DNA of 64,000 nucleotides from Candidatus Aenigmatarchaeota archaeon (GTDB lineage: Archaea; Aenigmatarchaeota; Aenigmatarchaeia; QMZP01; QMZT01), in NCBI GenBank assembly GCA_041489155.1, contig JBGPQP010000003.1, positions 32,001 through 96,000 on the forward strand. Reading direction: 5' to 3'. Position numbers and translations under genes: made by a program. Of this stretch, positions 1 to 8,963 are shown piece after piece; the stretch's first letter is position 1; each line of letters begins with the position of its first letter. The notes below the pieces were generated by a model. It did no database searches. It worked only from the letters and a program-made list of their open reading frames with translations, and was not told the origin of the DNA.

Positions 1-1397
1 AAGGAGCGGAAGAAGGGAAAGTCACGACAAGGTTCGCGCCTTCGCCGACCGGGCCCCTGTCGATAGGCCAGTTCATGCGCGCGGTTTTTCTCAGCCATTA
101 TTACGCAAGGAGATACAAAGGCAAATTCATCCTTCGCATAGAGGACACTGACGCGAAGAAGATCGAAGCGAATGCCTACGAATGGCTGAAGGAGGATTTG
201 GCAAGAATGGGCATAAAATGGGATTCGCTGGTCCTCCAGTCTGACAGGTTGCATGATTATTACAAGCACGCGAAACACCTCCTTGAAAAGGAAAGGGCTT
301 ACGTGTGCACATGCCCGACCGAGACATTCAAGGAATACAAGCTTTCGAAAGCCGACTGCCCCTGCCGGGTGAATTCAAAAGAGAAAAACTTGGAACTGTG
401 GGAGGCGATGCTCGCAGGCGGCATGGAGGACGGCTCGGCTGTATTGAGGCTGAAAAACAGCATGGCTGACCCGAACCCTGTACTGCGCGACCCGCCTCTT
501 CTGAGGGTCAACAAGACCCCCCACCCCCTGAAGGGGACGAAGTACGCGGTCTGGCCTTTGTACAATTTTTCCTGCGCTGTCGACGACCATGAACTCGGAG
601 TGACGCATGTCTTCCGCGGCAAGGAGCACGAGCACAACACAGCGGTGCAGAAGATGGTATCTGACATTTTCGGCTGGGGCTTCCCGGATGTCGTTAACTT
701 CGGCATGATACGCTTCCCCGGCGGCGCGGTCCACACCAGGGACATCAAGGTGATGATAGCGAATGGCGAGGTCTCGGGCTGGGACGACCCGAAGCTCCCG
801 ACGGTCCGCGCCATGCTGAGGCGCGGCTTCCATCCGGAAGCGATAAAGAACCTCGCCATGCAGTGCGGCCTCAGCAAGAACGACATCGAGCTGAGTTGGG
901 AAAATCTCGACACGCAGAACAGGAAATTCATTGATCCCATCGCCAATAGGTACATGACCGTGATCGACCCTGTCAAGCTCCTGATAGAAGTTGCGCCTGA
1001 TAAACGCGAGGTTTTCGAAGTGCTCCATCCGGATTTCCCGGAGCGCGGCAAGAAGAAAATTCCTGTAGACCCGAAAAATATTTACATCTCCGGGAAGGAC
1101 AGTGCGGAGCTTAAAGGCAAGGTCGTCCGCCTGAAAGGCTATTGCAACGTTTCGCTTTCAAGGAAAACGAAGTGCGTGGGAGACGAAATCGTCCGCGACA
1201 TGCACAAGATACAATGGGTGAGCGAGCCGCACGTCAAGGTGAAGGTCGTCAACGCTGACGGCGTTTCCGAAGGCATAGGCGAGCCGGAGATGTCGAATCT
1301 GAAAGTCGGCGAAGTCATACAGATGGAACGCATCGGGTTCGGACGCGTGGACGCGAACGAGAACAAGCAAATAATCATATACTTCGCACACAAGTGA
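1..1397 (+). CDS. gltX: Glutamyl-tRNA synthetase, archaeal type (5'-truncated by window edge)
   Basis: The frame is open from nt 3: GKVTTRFAPSPTGPLSIGQ, then LRIEDTD, YVCTC, WPLYNFSCAVDDHELGVTHVFRGKEH, SGWDDPKLPT and QMERIGFGRVD. Confidence 0.95.
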   Translation, partial: GAEEGKVTTRFAPSPTGPLSIGQFMRAVFLSHYYARRYKGKFILRIEDTDAKKIEANAYEWLKEDLARMGIKWDSLVLQSDRLHDYYKHAKHLLEKERAYVCTCPTETFKEYKLSKADCPCRVNSKEKNLELWEAMLAGGMEDGSAVLRLKNSMADPNPVLRDPPLLRVNKTPHPLKGTKYAVWPLYNFSCAVDDHELGVTHVFRGKEHEHNTAVQKMVSDIFGWGFPDVVNFGMIRFPGGAVHTRDIKVMIANGEVSGWDDPKLPTVRAMLRRGFHPEAIKNLAMQCGLSKNDIELSWENLDTQNRKFIDPIANRYMTVIDPVKLLIEVAPDKREVFEVLHPDFPERGKKKIPVDPKNIYISGKDSAELKGKVVRLKGYCNVSLSRKTKCVGDEIVRDMHKIQWVSEPHVKVKVVNADGVSEGIGEPEMSNLKVGEVIQMERIGFGRVDANENKQIIIYFAHK

Positions 1398-1613
1398 GCC
1401 TTTTAGAAAAAGGCTCAATCGAAAAACTAACTTAAAACTTTAGCAGAAAACTATTTCTTGCAAAATAAACACATTAAATTGGAATTTTGTTCCAAATAAA
1501 TTATATTTTAGGTATTTTATACAATTATTTACCTAATTATTTGAATAAAATGTTAAAGATATGAAAATATGCATAAATAGAGAAATCTTTATTGCCATCT
1601 ACAAAAACCGGCA

Positions 1614-2447
1614 TCAGCCGAGCAGGCCCAGAATATCGAACAAGCTCATGCCCTTCGTCTGCAGCGTCACGAATTCCGCATCCTTGACTCCTGCAAGTTC
1701 TTTGGCCTTCTCTTTTGCGTCTTTTATCGTGCCTGTCGAGTCTATCAGACCCAGGTCGACAGCGTCCTTTCCGAGGAATATGTCTCCTGTGGATATCTCT
1801 TCTACCTGCGCTGGCGTAAGCTTTCTCTTCTCGCTCACGTCGCTGATGAAATATTTGAATATTTCATTGGTTATGTATTCAAGCTTGCCTCTCTCGCTTT
1901 CGGTCAGGTTGCGGAACGGCGAGCCCATGTCCTTCATTGCGCCTGACGTTATCTGCTCATAGGTGATGCCGTACTTCTCGAAGAGCTTCGAGAACTCGAG
2001 ATACGATGCGGTCACGCCCACTGATCCCGTAAGCGTGAGCGGGTCGGCCATTATGTGGTCGCAAGAGGAGGCGATCCAGTAAGCGCCGCTCGCCGCGACG
2101 TCGCCCATCCAGCAGAGCGTCGGCTTATTCATGTCGGCAACAGCGAAGGCGATTTCCCTCGACGCGACGACAGAGCCGCCCGGAGAATCGATTTCAAACA
2201 TCACTGCCTTTATGCTCGGGTCGTCTTCGGCCTTCTTTATCAGGTAAAACGCTTCCTCCGGCGTGAACGTATCGCTGAGCAGCTGCTGCCCGGAAGCGAT
2301 GACGCCCTGCACCCTGATTATGGCAATCTTGTTGCCGAAAGGCAGTTCAGTCGCCATGAAGCCAGCAGCGATAATTATGACAACGATTCCTATGCCGACA
2401 CCGATTCCCAGCAGAAACTTCCAGCCTTCCGTCTTGGATTTTTTCAT
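1614..2447 (-). CDS. sppA: Signal peptide peptidase SppA (S49 protease)
   Basis: N-terminal TM helix; IDSPGGS, AASGAYWIAS, GSVGV and KDMGSPFR motifs. Confidence 0.92.
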   Translation of the reverse strand: MKKSKTEGWKFLLGIGVGIGIVVIIIAAGFMATELPFGNKIAIIRVQGVIASGQQLLSDTFTPEEAFYLIKKAEDDPSIKAVMFEIDSPGGSVVASREIAFAVADMNKPTLCWMGDVAASGAYWIASSCDHIMADPLTLTGSVGVTASYLEFSKLFEKYGITYEQITSGAMKDMGSPFRNLTESERGKLEYITNEIFKYFISDVSEKRKLTPAQVEEISTGDIFLGKDAVDLGLIDSTGTIKDAKEKAKELAGVKDAEFVTLQTKGMSLFDILGLLG

Positions 2448-2495
2448 GATAATCAGATATGTAATCCTTTGCTTAAAAAATGCGGCAATCCTGGC

Positions 2496-3542
2496 TTAAC
2501 CCACGTCCACGCCGTTTACAATAATCTTCTGGACTTTCGTGACCTTGCCTATCACGCTGTGCGCGATGTTGTGTTTCTTAAGGACGTCAGCGATACGCTC
2601 GTAATCCTCCGGCTCCTCGCCTGGCGCGACGATTATGAAGCCGATTCCCATGTTGAACGTCCGGAACATCTCCCTGTCGCTAAGCAGGCCGTAATGCTGT
2701 ATAAGTTTGAACACCGGCTTTGTCGGTTTGGGGAGCTTGATGTCAAAGCCCACGCCGGCTTTGCTGCCTATACGTGCGAGTTTCGAGAACGCGCCGCCCG
2801 TGATGTGGGCGAGGCCATGAACCTTGCAGTTCTGCAGGATCTCGAGGACCGGTTTGACGTAAATCCTCGTCGGCTTGAGCAGCTCTTCTCCGACAGAGCA
2901 GTCAAGCTCCTTGACGTATGTGCCTATGTCATGCCTCTGCAGCAGAACTTTCCTTGCGAGCGAGAGGCCGTTCGAATGCACGCCTGAGCTCTCGAGGCCT
3001 ATGACTATGTCTCCTGGTATCATCTTTTCGCCGGTTATAATCCTGTCCTTGTAGACCATGCCTAGCGACATCGCGGCCAGGTCGAAGCCCTTTACGACGT
3101 CCGGCATTATCGCTGTTTCGCCACCGACGACAGCTACGCCAGCTTCTTTCGCCGCTTTCGCGAGGCCTTTTGCTATCTCGCTTATCATTTTCTCATCGGT
3201 TTTCTCCAGTGCGAGATAATCAACCATGGAAACAGGTTCAGCGCCCATGCAGATGAGGTCGTTCACGTTCATCGCCACGCAGTCGAAGCCGATGGTGTCG
3301 TACTTCCTCATGGCCTGGGCGATAAGCGTTTTCGTCCCGACGCCGTCGACATGTATCGCAAGCGTCTTGCCGCCGCCGATGTCGATGAGCCCTGCATAAT
3401 GCCCTATCTCGCTCAAAACCCTCCCGAACTTGTCCAAGCGCTGTGAAAAGGTCTGCTTGAAAATCTCGGCCATCTCACCGTGCGAGTGCTTGACCTTCTC
3501 TATGTCGACGCCCGCCTTCTCGTAAGTGAACTCGTCAGTCAT
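2496..3542 (-). CDS. purM: Phosphoribosylformylglycinamidine cyclo-ligase (AIR synthetase)
   Basis: YEKAGVD, DGVGTK, AMNVND, GGETA, SSGVHSNG, HITGG and RTFNMGIG motifs. Confidence 0.97.
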   Translation of the reverse strand: MTDEFTYEKAGVDIEKVKHSHGEMAEIFKQTFSQRLDKFGRVLSEIGHYAGLIDIGGGKTLAIHVDGVGTKTLIAQAMRKYDTIGFDCVAMNVNDLICMGAEPVSMVDYLALEKTDEKMISEIAKGLAKAAKEAGVAVVGGETAIMPDVVKGFDLAAMSLGMVYKDRIITGEKMIPGDIVIGLESSGVHSNGLSLARKVLLQRHDIGTYVKELDCSVGEELLKPTRIYVKPVLEILQNCKVHGLAHITGGAFSKLARIGSKAGVGFDIKLPKPTKPVFKLIQHYGLLSDREMFRTFNMGIGFIIVAPGEEPEDYERIADVLKKHNIAHSVIGKVTKVQKIIVNGVDVG

Positions 3543-3600
3543 ATTGATAATATGAACCTCTCCGTTTTAAAGTTTCGCCGGAATGAGAAAATCAGATAAT

Positions 3601-4941
3601 TCATTTCTTGTTCAACGCCTTCAGCACGTCGTCCACCTGCTCCTTCGCGGTGCCGATGTAGTTGCGCGGGTCGAACAGGCGTTCGATTTCCTTCGCTGTA
3701 AAATGCTTCTTCACCTGCGAATTTTTCAGAAGGATGTCCTTGAGCGGCGCGCCTTTAGCGTACGACTCCATCGCCGCCTGACGCATTATCTCGTGTGCGT
3801 CCTGGCGGCCAATCCCTTTTTTGACCAGCGCGATCATTATCTTCTCGCTCATTACCAGTCCCTTGGTTAGATCAAGGTTTTCCTTTATTTTGTCGTGTTG
3901 CAGCTCGAGGCTTAGAAGAATGTCAGTAATCCTTCGCAGCATGAAGTCGAGCAGCATGAAACTTTCGGCGAAGATTATTCTTTCGTTAGCGGAATTCGAG
4001 AGATCGCGCTCGTGCTCGAGCGGGTTGTTGTCGAGCGCCACCATCACATGCGATTTCAAAACGCGTGCGAGCGAGCAGACGTTCTCTGACTTCCATGGAT
4101 TACGCTTGTGCGGCATGGTCGAGCTGCCGACCTGTTTGTTCTCGAAGCTCTCCAGCACCTCGCCGATTTCCGTGCGCTGGAGGTTGCGCACTTCTTTCGC
4201 GATTTTCTCGAGGGTCGAGCCGATGAGCGCGAGGACGAAGACGAGTTCCGCATGTCTGTCGCGCTGAATCACTTGTGTCGAAATCATTACCGGAGTGAGA
4301 CCTAAATCTTTCATCACCAGCGCCTGCAACTTGCGCGCGTTCTCGCCAAACGTCGCCTGCGTGCCGACAGCGCCAGTCATCTTGCCGACGAGAATCCTTT
4401 TTTTCGCCTGCTCGAGGCGGTCGATGTCCCTCTGTATCTCGCAGAGCCAGTTCGCGAATTTCAGGCCATACGTCGTGGGAACTGCGTGCTGGCCGTGCGT
4501 CCTGCCGATGCAGACAACGTCCCTGTTTTTCTTGGTGAGCGTCGCTAGCGTATCCTTCAACTTTTTCAGGTTGCTCTCGATTATTTCTATCGCGTCCCTC
4601 AGCTGGAGCGCGAGTGCCGTGTCCTCGATGTCATACGAAGTCGCTCCATAGTGCACGTATTTGCCGGCATCGCCCGCGACTTCCGTGAGCGCCCTGACCA
4701 TCGCCATCAAATCATGATGTATTTCCTCGTCGATTTCGTGCACGCGCTCGACTGTCACGAACTGCGTGTCCGCTTTCTTCGAGATTTCTGCGGCAGCGGC
4801 TTTCGGGATGTTGCCGAGCTGCGCATGCGCTTTCGCCAGCGAAGATTCGACGTCAAGCCATTTCTGTAGCTTCGCTTCTTCCTCGAAAACTTCGCGCATC
4901 TCGTCGGAACAATAACGGTACTCGATAGGATGTATTGCCAT
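3601..4941 (-). CDS. purB: Adenylosuccinate lyase
   Basis: HYGATS, GRTHGQHAVPTT, signature GSSTMPHKRNP and HERDLSNS. Confidence 0.97.
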   Translation of the reverse strand: MAIHPIEYRYCSDEMREVFEEEAKLQKWLDVESSLAKAHAQLGNIPKAAAAEISKKADTQFVTVERVHEIDEEIHHDLMAMVRALTEVAGDAGKYVHYGATSYDIEDTALALQLRDAIEIIESNLKKLKDTLATLTKKNRDVVCIGRTHGQHAVPTTYGLKFANWLCEIQRDIDRLEQAKKRILVGKMTGAVGTQATFGENARKLQALVMKDLGLTPVMISTQVIQRDRHAELVFVLALIGSTLEKIAKEVRNLQRTEIGEVLESFENKQVGSSTMPHKRNPWKSENVCSLARVLKSHVMVALDNNPLEHERDLSNSANERIIFAESFMLLDFMLRRITDILLSLELQHDKIKENLDLTKGLVMSEKIMIALVKKGIGRQDAHEIMRQAAMESYAKGAPLKDILLKNSQVKKHFTAKEIERLFDPRNYIGTAKEQVDDVLKALNKK

Positions 4942-4966
4942 GCCATCACACCTTTATATTCATATA

Positions 4967-5935
4967 TTATTGCAGATAACCTTTCTGCCTGAGATTCTTC
5001 GCGATTCTTTGCAGCACGTTTTCACGCGTAGTCTCGAAGCGGCTTCCGGTTATCTTCTCATATGCTTCGATATACCTTTTCGCCGCTTCAACCATGACTT
5101 CATTCGTCAGCTTCGGCGGGGTGCCATCGCCCATGTAGCCCTGGTTCGCAAACCACGTCCTTACATATTCCTTGTCGAGCTTCCTCTGCTCCTCGCCTTT
5201 CGCGAAAAGCTCGTCGTACGTGTCGCTGAACCAGAACCTCGAAGAGTCAGGAGTGTGGATTTCGTCCATGAGTACGAGCTTGCCGTCCAGCAGGCCGAAC
5301 TCGTATTTCGTATCGACAAGTATCAGGCCGTGCTTGGCGACAAAGCGCGAGCCGAAATCGAAAAGCTTCAGGCTGACCTCGGACAGCTGCTCGAAAAGTT
5401 CCTTCGAAATCAGGCCTTCCTTAACAGCGTCCTCGCCTGAGATTGGCCTGTCGTGCTCGCCTTTTCCCGCCTTCGTCGTAGGAGTGATTATAGGCCTGTC
5501 GAATTTCTGGTCCTTGTGCAGCCCTTCGGGCAAGCGAACTCCGCAGAAATCCCTGACGCCGCGCTGGTAGTTGTACCATGCGGATGTCGTCGTGACACCT
5601 GTTATGTAGCCGCGCACGACCATCTCGACCGGGACGGGCTGGCATTCCTTCACGACCATGACGTTCGGATCGGGGATGTCCAGCATGTGATTTTTTACAA
5701 CGCTTTTAGTCTTGTCGAACCAGAATGCAGCAAGCTGGTTCAAAACTTGTCCCTTGAAGGGAATCGTTCCCAGCACCTTGTCAAAAGCAGAAATCCTGTC
5801 AGTCGTTATTATGATTCTCCTGTCGGTGAGGATGTAATTATCCCTCACCTTTCCCTCATACTTCCTGCCCAGATTGAAATTCGTTTTTCCGAGGGCAAGA
5901 GGAATCTGGCTCCTTATGGCCGCCTCATCTATCAT
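4967..5935 (-). CDS. purC: SAICAR synthetase
   Basis: [38 protein letters not shown] and LDKEYVR motifs. Confidence 0.97.
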   Translation of the reverse strand: MIDEAAIRSQIPLALGKTNFNLGRKYEGKVRDNYILTDRRIIITTDRISAFDKVLGTIPFKGQVLNQLAAFWFDKTKSVVKNHMLDIPDPNVMVVKECQPVPVEMVVRGYITGVTTTSAWYNYQRGVRDFCGVRLPEGLHKDQKFDRPIITPTTKAGKGEHDRPISGEDAVKEGLISKELFEQLSEVSLKLFDFGSRFVAKHGLILVDTKYEFGLLDGKLVLMDEIHTPDSSRFWFSDTYDELFAKGEEQRKLDKEYVRTWFANQGYMGDGTPPKLTNEVMVEAAKRYIEAYEKITGSRFETTRENVLQRIAKNLRQKGYLQ

Positions 5936-6345
5936 TTCTTCCCCTTTTTCTTCGCGGGTTCAGCCCTGAGCCTGAGGATGCGTATCGCGAGTTCCGCCGC
6001 ATTCCTGCCGTTGTCTATCCCCACCGTCGCAACAGGCACGCCGCCGGGCATCTGCATCATCGAAAGCAGCGCGTCAAGCCCGTCCAGCTTCACCCCGACA
6101 GGCACGCCGATTACAGGCTTGCTCGTATGCGATGCGATGAAACCGGGCAGCGCGGCCGAAAGGCCGGCAATCGCGATTATTACGTCAGCGTCTGTGTTTT
6201 TCACGAGCCTCTCCGTCCCTTTGGGGTCCCTGTGCGCCGAGGAGACACGGATTTCGAAAGGGATTCTGCTGGTCTTCAGGACGTCTTCAGCGCGCCTCGC
6301 GACTTCCATGTCGCTCTGGCTTCCGCAAACTATCAGAACTTTCAT
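5932..6345 (-). CDS. purE: AIR carboxylase / N5-CAIR mutase
   Basis: [25 protein letters not shown] and [11 protein letters not shown] motifs. Confidence 0.95.
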   Translation of the reverse strand: MKVLIVCGSQSDMEVARRAEDVLKTSRIPFEIRVSSAHRDPKGTERLVKNTDADVIIAIAGLSAALPGFIASHTSKPVIGVPVGVKLDGLDALLSMMQMPGGVPVATVGIDNGRNAAELAIRILRLRAEPAKKKGKK

Positions 6346-6412
6346 ATCTAATCTATCGGTAGCTGTTTTATAAAATTTTGGTTTTTATGCGCCTTCGCCC
6401 AAAATAATTAAT

Positions 6413-7819
6413 ATGCGACGCGAGCATGAACATGCGCAGCAGCATAAGATGCATCCTGTGCATCACATTGCCGTCCACGGCGCGCGCGGCACCAGCGTGT
6501 GGAAGAGGCTCGTGTTTGTCATCGTCTGCGTGGCGCTTTCGGTTCTCGTGTCGTCTTATTTCCTCGGCTTTGGCACGCAGCAGCAGATTGTACTTGCCCT
6601 GACATTTTCCGCTCTTGTCATGTGGCTTTCCGAGCTCGTTCCGCTCCATGTCACTGCGTTGCTCATACCGTTCCTGCTCGTGATACTCGGCGGCTTCAAG
6701 CCGGCGGAGGCATTCTCGCCATTTTTCGATTCCATAATCGTTCTCGTGCTCGGCGGTTTCGCCATCGCTTTTGCGCTCAGCAAATACAAAGTCGACGAGT
6801 ATCTGGGCCACAAGCTCGTGCATCGCGGCTCCGGGCCGCGCATGGTTCTACTGAGCCTCATGGCTGTGACGGCGTTCCTTTCCATGTGGATGGCGAACTC
6901 AGCGGCGGCAGCATTGATGATGCCGATAGGCATCATCATACTCAAAGAAAACAAGATGCTTCCAGGCAAATCGAAATTCGGGAAATCGATGGTTCTGGGC
7001 ATAGGCTTTGCCGCGACCATCGGCGGCCTCGGCACGATGGTTGGCAGCACGCCGAACGTGCTCGTCGCGAAGTTCCTTACCCAGGCCGGCTACTCATTCG
7101 GCTTCATCGACTGGTCATACTACGGCCTGCCGATGATGATAGCGCTTATAATCTCCACTTTCACAATCCTCACCCTTCTGTTCAAGCCCGAGGTAAAGAA
7201 AATAAGCATAAAGGATGTTGAAAAGAAGCTCAACATCAACCAGAAAAAAGTCCTGGCCATATTCCTGATAACGGTCATACTCTGGATCACGAGCGAGCTG
7301 CATAAGATAGACATAGGCACAATCTCGCTCGTTCCCATATTCCTGCTGTACGCTTTCGGTTTGCTGAAGACCGAAGACTTCAAAAAATTGGACTGGCCGG
7401 CGCTGATACTGATAGGCGGAGGCATATCGCTCGGCTATGCCATGCACACTTCGGGTCTTGACGTGACAATGGCCAATGCGCTGAACACCATGATAACGGG
7501 CCAGCCGGCTATAATGATAGCCATCGTCATAATAACCTTCGGCGTCGCGCTGACGGCTTTCGCCAGCAATACCGCAGCCGCATCGGTAATGGTGCCGATG
7601 ATGATACCTCTGGCTGTCGTTACGGGCATCAATCCGAGAACACTCGCCTTCCTTGCAGGCGTCGGAGTTTCGCTGGATTTCATAATGCCCAGCGGCACGC
7701 CGCCCACGACAATCGCTTATTCCACAAGCTACGTAAAATTGAAGGAGCTTGTGAAAGCCGGACTGCTCGTGTCGGCCGCAGCGATAGCGATATGCACGGC
7801 TATTGCTGTCGCTATCTGA
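6413..7819 (+). CDS. SLC13/DASS family anion:Na+ symporter with His-rich N-terminus
   Basis: Polytopic membrane protein; SMWMANSA, GSTPN, FASNTA and PSGTPP motifs. Confidence 0.88.
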   Translation: MRREHEHAQQHKMHPVHHIAVHGARGTSVWKRLVFVIVCVALSVLVSSYFLGFGTQQQIVLALTFSALVMWLSELVPLHVTALLIPFLLVILGGFKPAEAFSPFFDSIIVLVLGGFAIAFALSKYKVDEYLGHKLVHRGSGPRMVLLSLMAVTAFLSMWMANSAAAALMMPIGIIILKENKMLPGKSKFGKSMVLGIGFAATIGGLGTMVGSTPNVLVAKFLTQAGYSFGFIDWSYYGLPMMIALIISTFTILTLLFKPEVKKISIKDVEKKLNINQKKVLAIFLITVILWITSELHKIDIGTISLVPIFLLYAFGLLKTEDFKKLDWPALILIGGGISLGYAMHTSGLDVTMANALNTMITGQPAIMIAIVIITFGVALTAFASNTAAASVMVPMMIPLAVVTGINPRTLAFLAGVGVSLDFIMPSGTPPTTIAYSTSYVKLKELVKAGLLVSAAAIAICTAIAVAI

Positions 7820-7923
7820 AGCAATTGCGGCATATCATGCTGAAGCCGGAGCTTCAGCTAAGTTTGTCCGACCCAAATAACCCAAAAAATCGGGCTAAGT
7901 GTCTTGCAATTCCCGTCTTCTAC

Positions 7924-8100
7924 TTAGAATCTCTTCTTCTTGGCGAAGCAATCTCTGCAGAAAACCGGCCTGCCCTCTGTGGGCTTGAACGGGACTTCAC
8001 ATTCTTTTCCGCACTCAGAACAAACTGCCTTGTGCATCTCTCTTGGTCTGAAGTCTCTTCTTTCCGATCTTTCTCCGAAATGCCTTTCTCTAAATGACAT
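7924..8100 (-). CDS. Small CxxC-x17-CxxC zinc-ribbon protein (58 aa; absent from ORF track)
   Basis: Manual translation MSFRERHFGERSERRDFRPREMHKAVCSECGKECEVPFKPTEGRPVFCRDCFAKKKRF; upstream GGAG and an AT-rich TATA-like box. Confidence 0.9.
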   Translation of the reverse strand: MSFRERHFGERSERRDFRPREMHKAVCSECGKECEVPFKPTEGRPVFCRDCFAKKKRF

Positions 8101-8200
8101 CCTATCTTACTCCTGTTTATATTTAATTCATTATTTTGCCTAGCTGATTTAAATACGTTTATGTCTGAAATATGCGCCTGCCGGTGCAGCTTTATTAAAG

Positions 8201-8953
8201 TCAGAACTTCTTCTTCGCGTAGTTGACCGCGTTCCTGAAAATCGCCAAGCCGTCGCCTTCCTCGGGCAGATTCGCGGTCCTCGTCCAGTACGGATGCATG
8301 TATTTCGTGACGAATTTCTCTGGGTGCGGCATTAGTCCGAACACGTTGCCTTCCGTGTTGCAGATGCCGGCGATGTCGTTCATCGAGCCGTTCGGGTTGT
8401 CTTTGTATCTAAAGACGACCTGATCATTTTCCTCGAGCTTGCGTATTGTTTCAGGCGGCGCGACGAACTTGCCCTCGCCGTGGTTTACGGGCACGAATAT
8501 TTCGCTTTTCATGCCTTTGGTGAAAACGCACCGCCCCTTGTTTACGTGCTTCAGCGTCACCCACCTGTCTATGAAATAGCCGGAATCATTCACAGCGAGG
8601 GTCACCTCCTGCTTCCCGAAGCCTGCGAACGCGGGCAGAAGGCCCGCCTTGACTATCGCCTGGAAACCGTTGCATATGCCCATGACGAGCTTGCCGCCCT
8701 CTATGAATTTCACCATGTCTCTGCTCAACTTGTATCTTATCATGTTCGCGAGAATCTTCCCTGACGCAACGTCGTCGCCGTGCGCGAAGCCGCCTGGTAT
8801 TGCGAGAATCTGGAAGTCCTCCAGAGAGACTCGGCCCTTTATTATTTCATTTATATGCGCGAGCGAGACCTGCGAGCCGACGAGTTCGAAAGCATGCATC
8901 GTCTCCTCGTCGCAGTTCGTCCCGTCCACGCGCAGCACCAAAGTTCTGACCAT
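8201..8953 (-). CDS. purQ: FGAM synthase glutaminase subunit
   Basis: GTNCD, PGGFAHGD, GICNGFQ, HGEGK, NPNGS and GLMPHPE motifs. Confidence 0.97.
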   Translation of the reverse strand: MVRTLVLRVDGTNCDEETMHAFELVGSQVSLAHINEIIKGRVSLEDFQILAIPGGFAHGDDVASGKILANMIRYKLSRDMVKFIEGGKLVMGICNGFQAIVKAGLLPAFAGFGKQEVTLAVNDSGYFIDRWVTLKHVNKGRCVFTKGMKSEIFVPVNHGEGKFVAPPETIRKLEENDQVVFRYKDNPNGSMNDIAGICNTEGNVFGLMPHPEKFVTKYMHPYWTRTANLPEEGDGLAIFRNAVNYAKKKF

Positions 8954-8963
8954 TTTTTCACCA

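Noticed and set aside
1561..1962. 133-aa plus-strand ORF starting in the AT-rich spacer
   Set aside because: It is mostly antisense to sppA and has no protein-like features.
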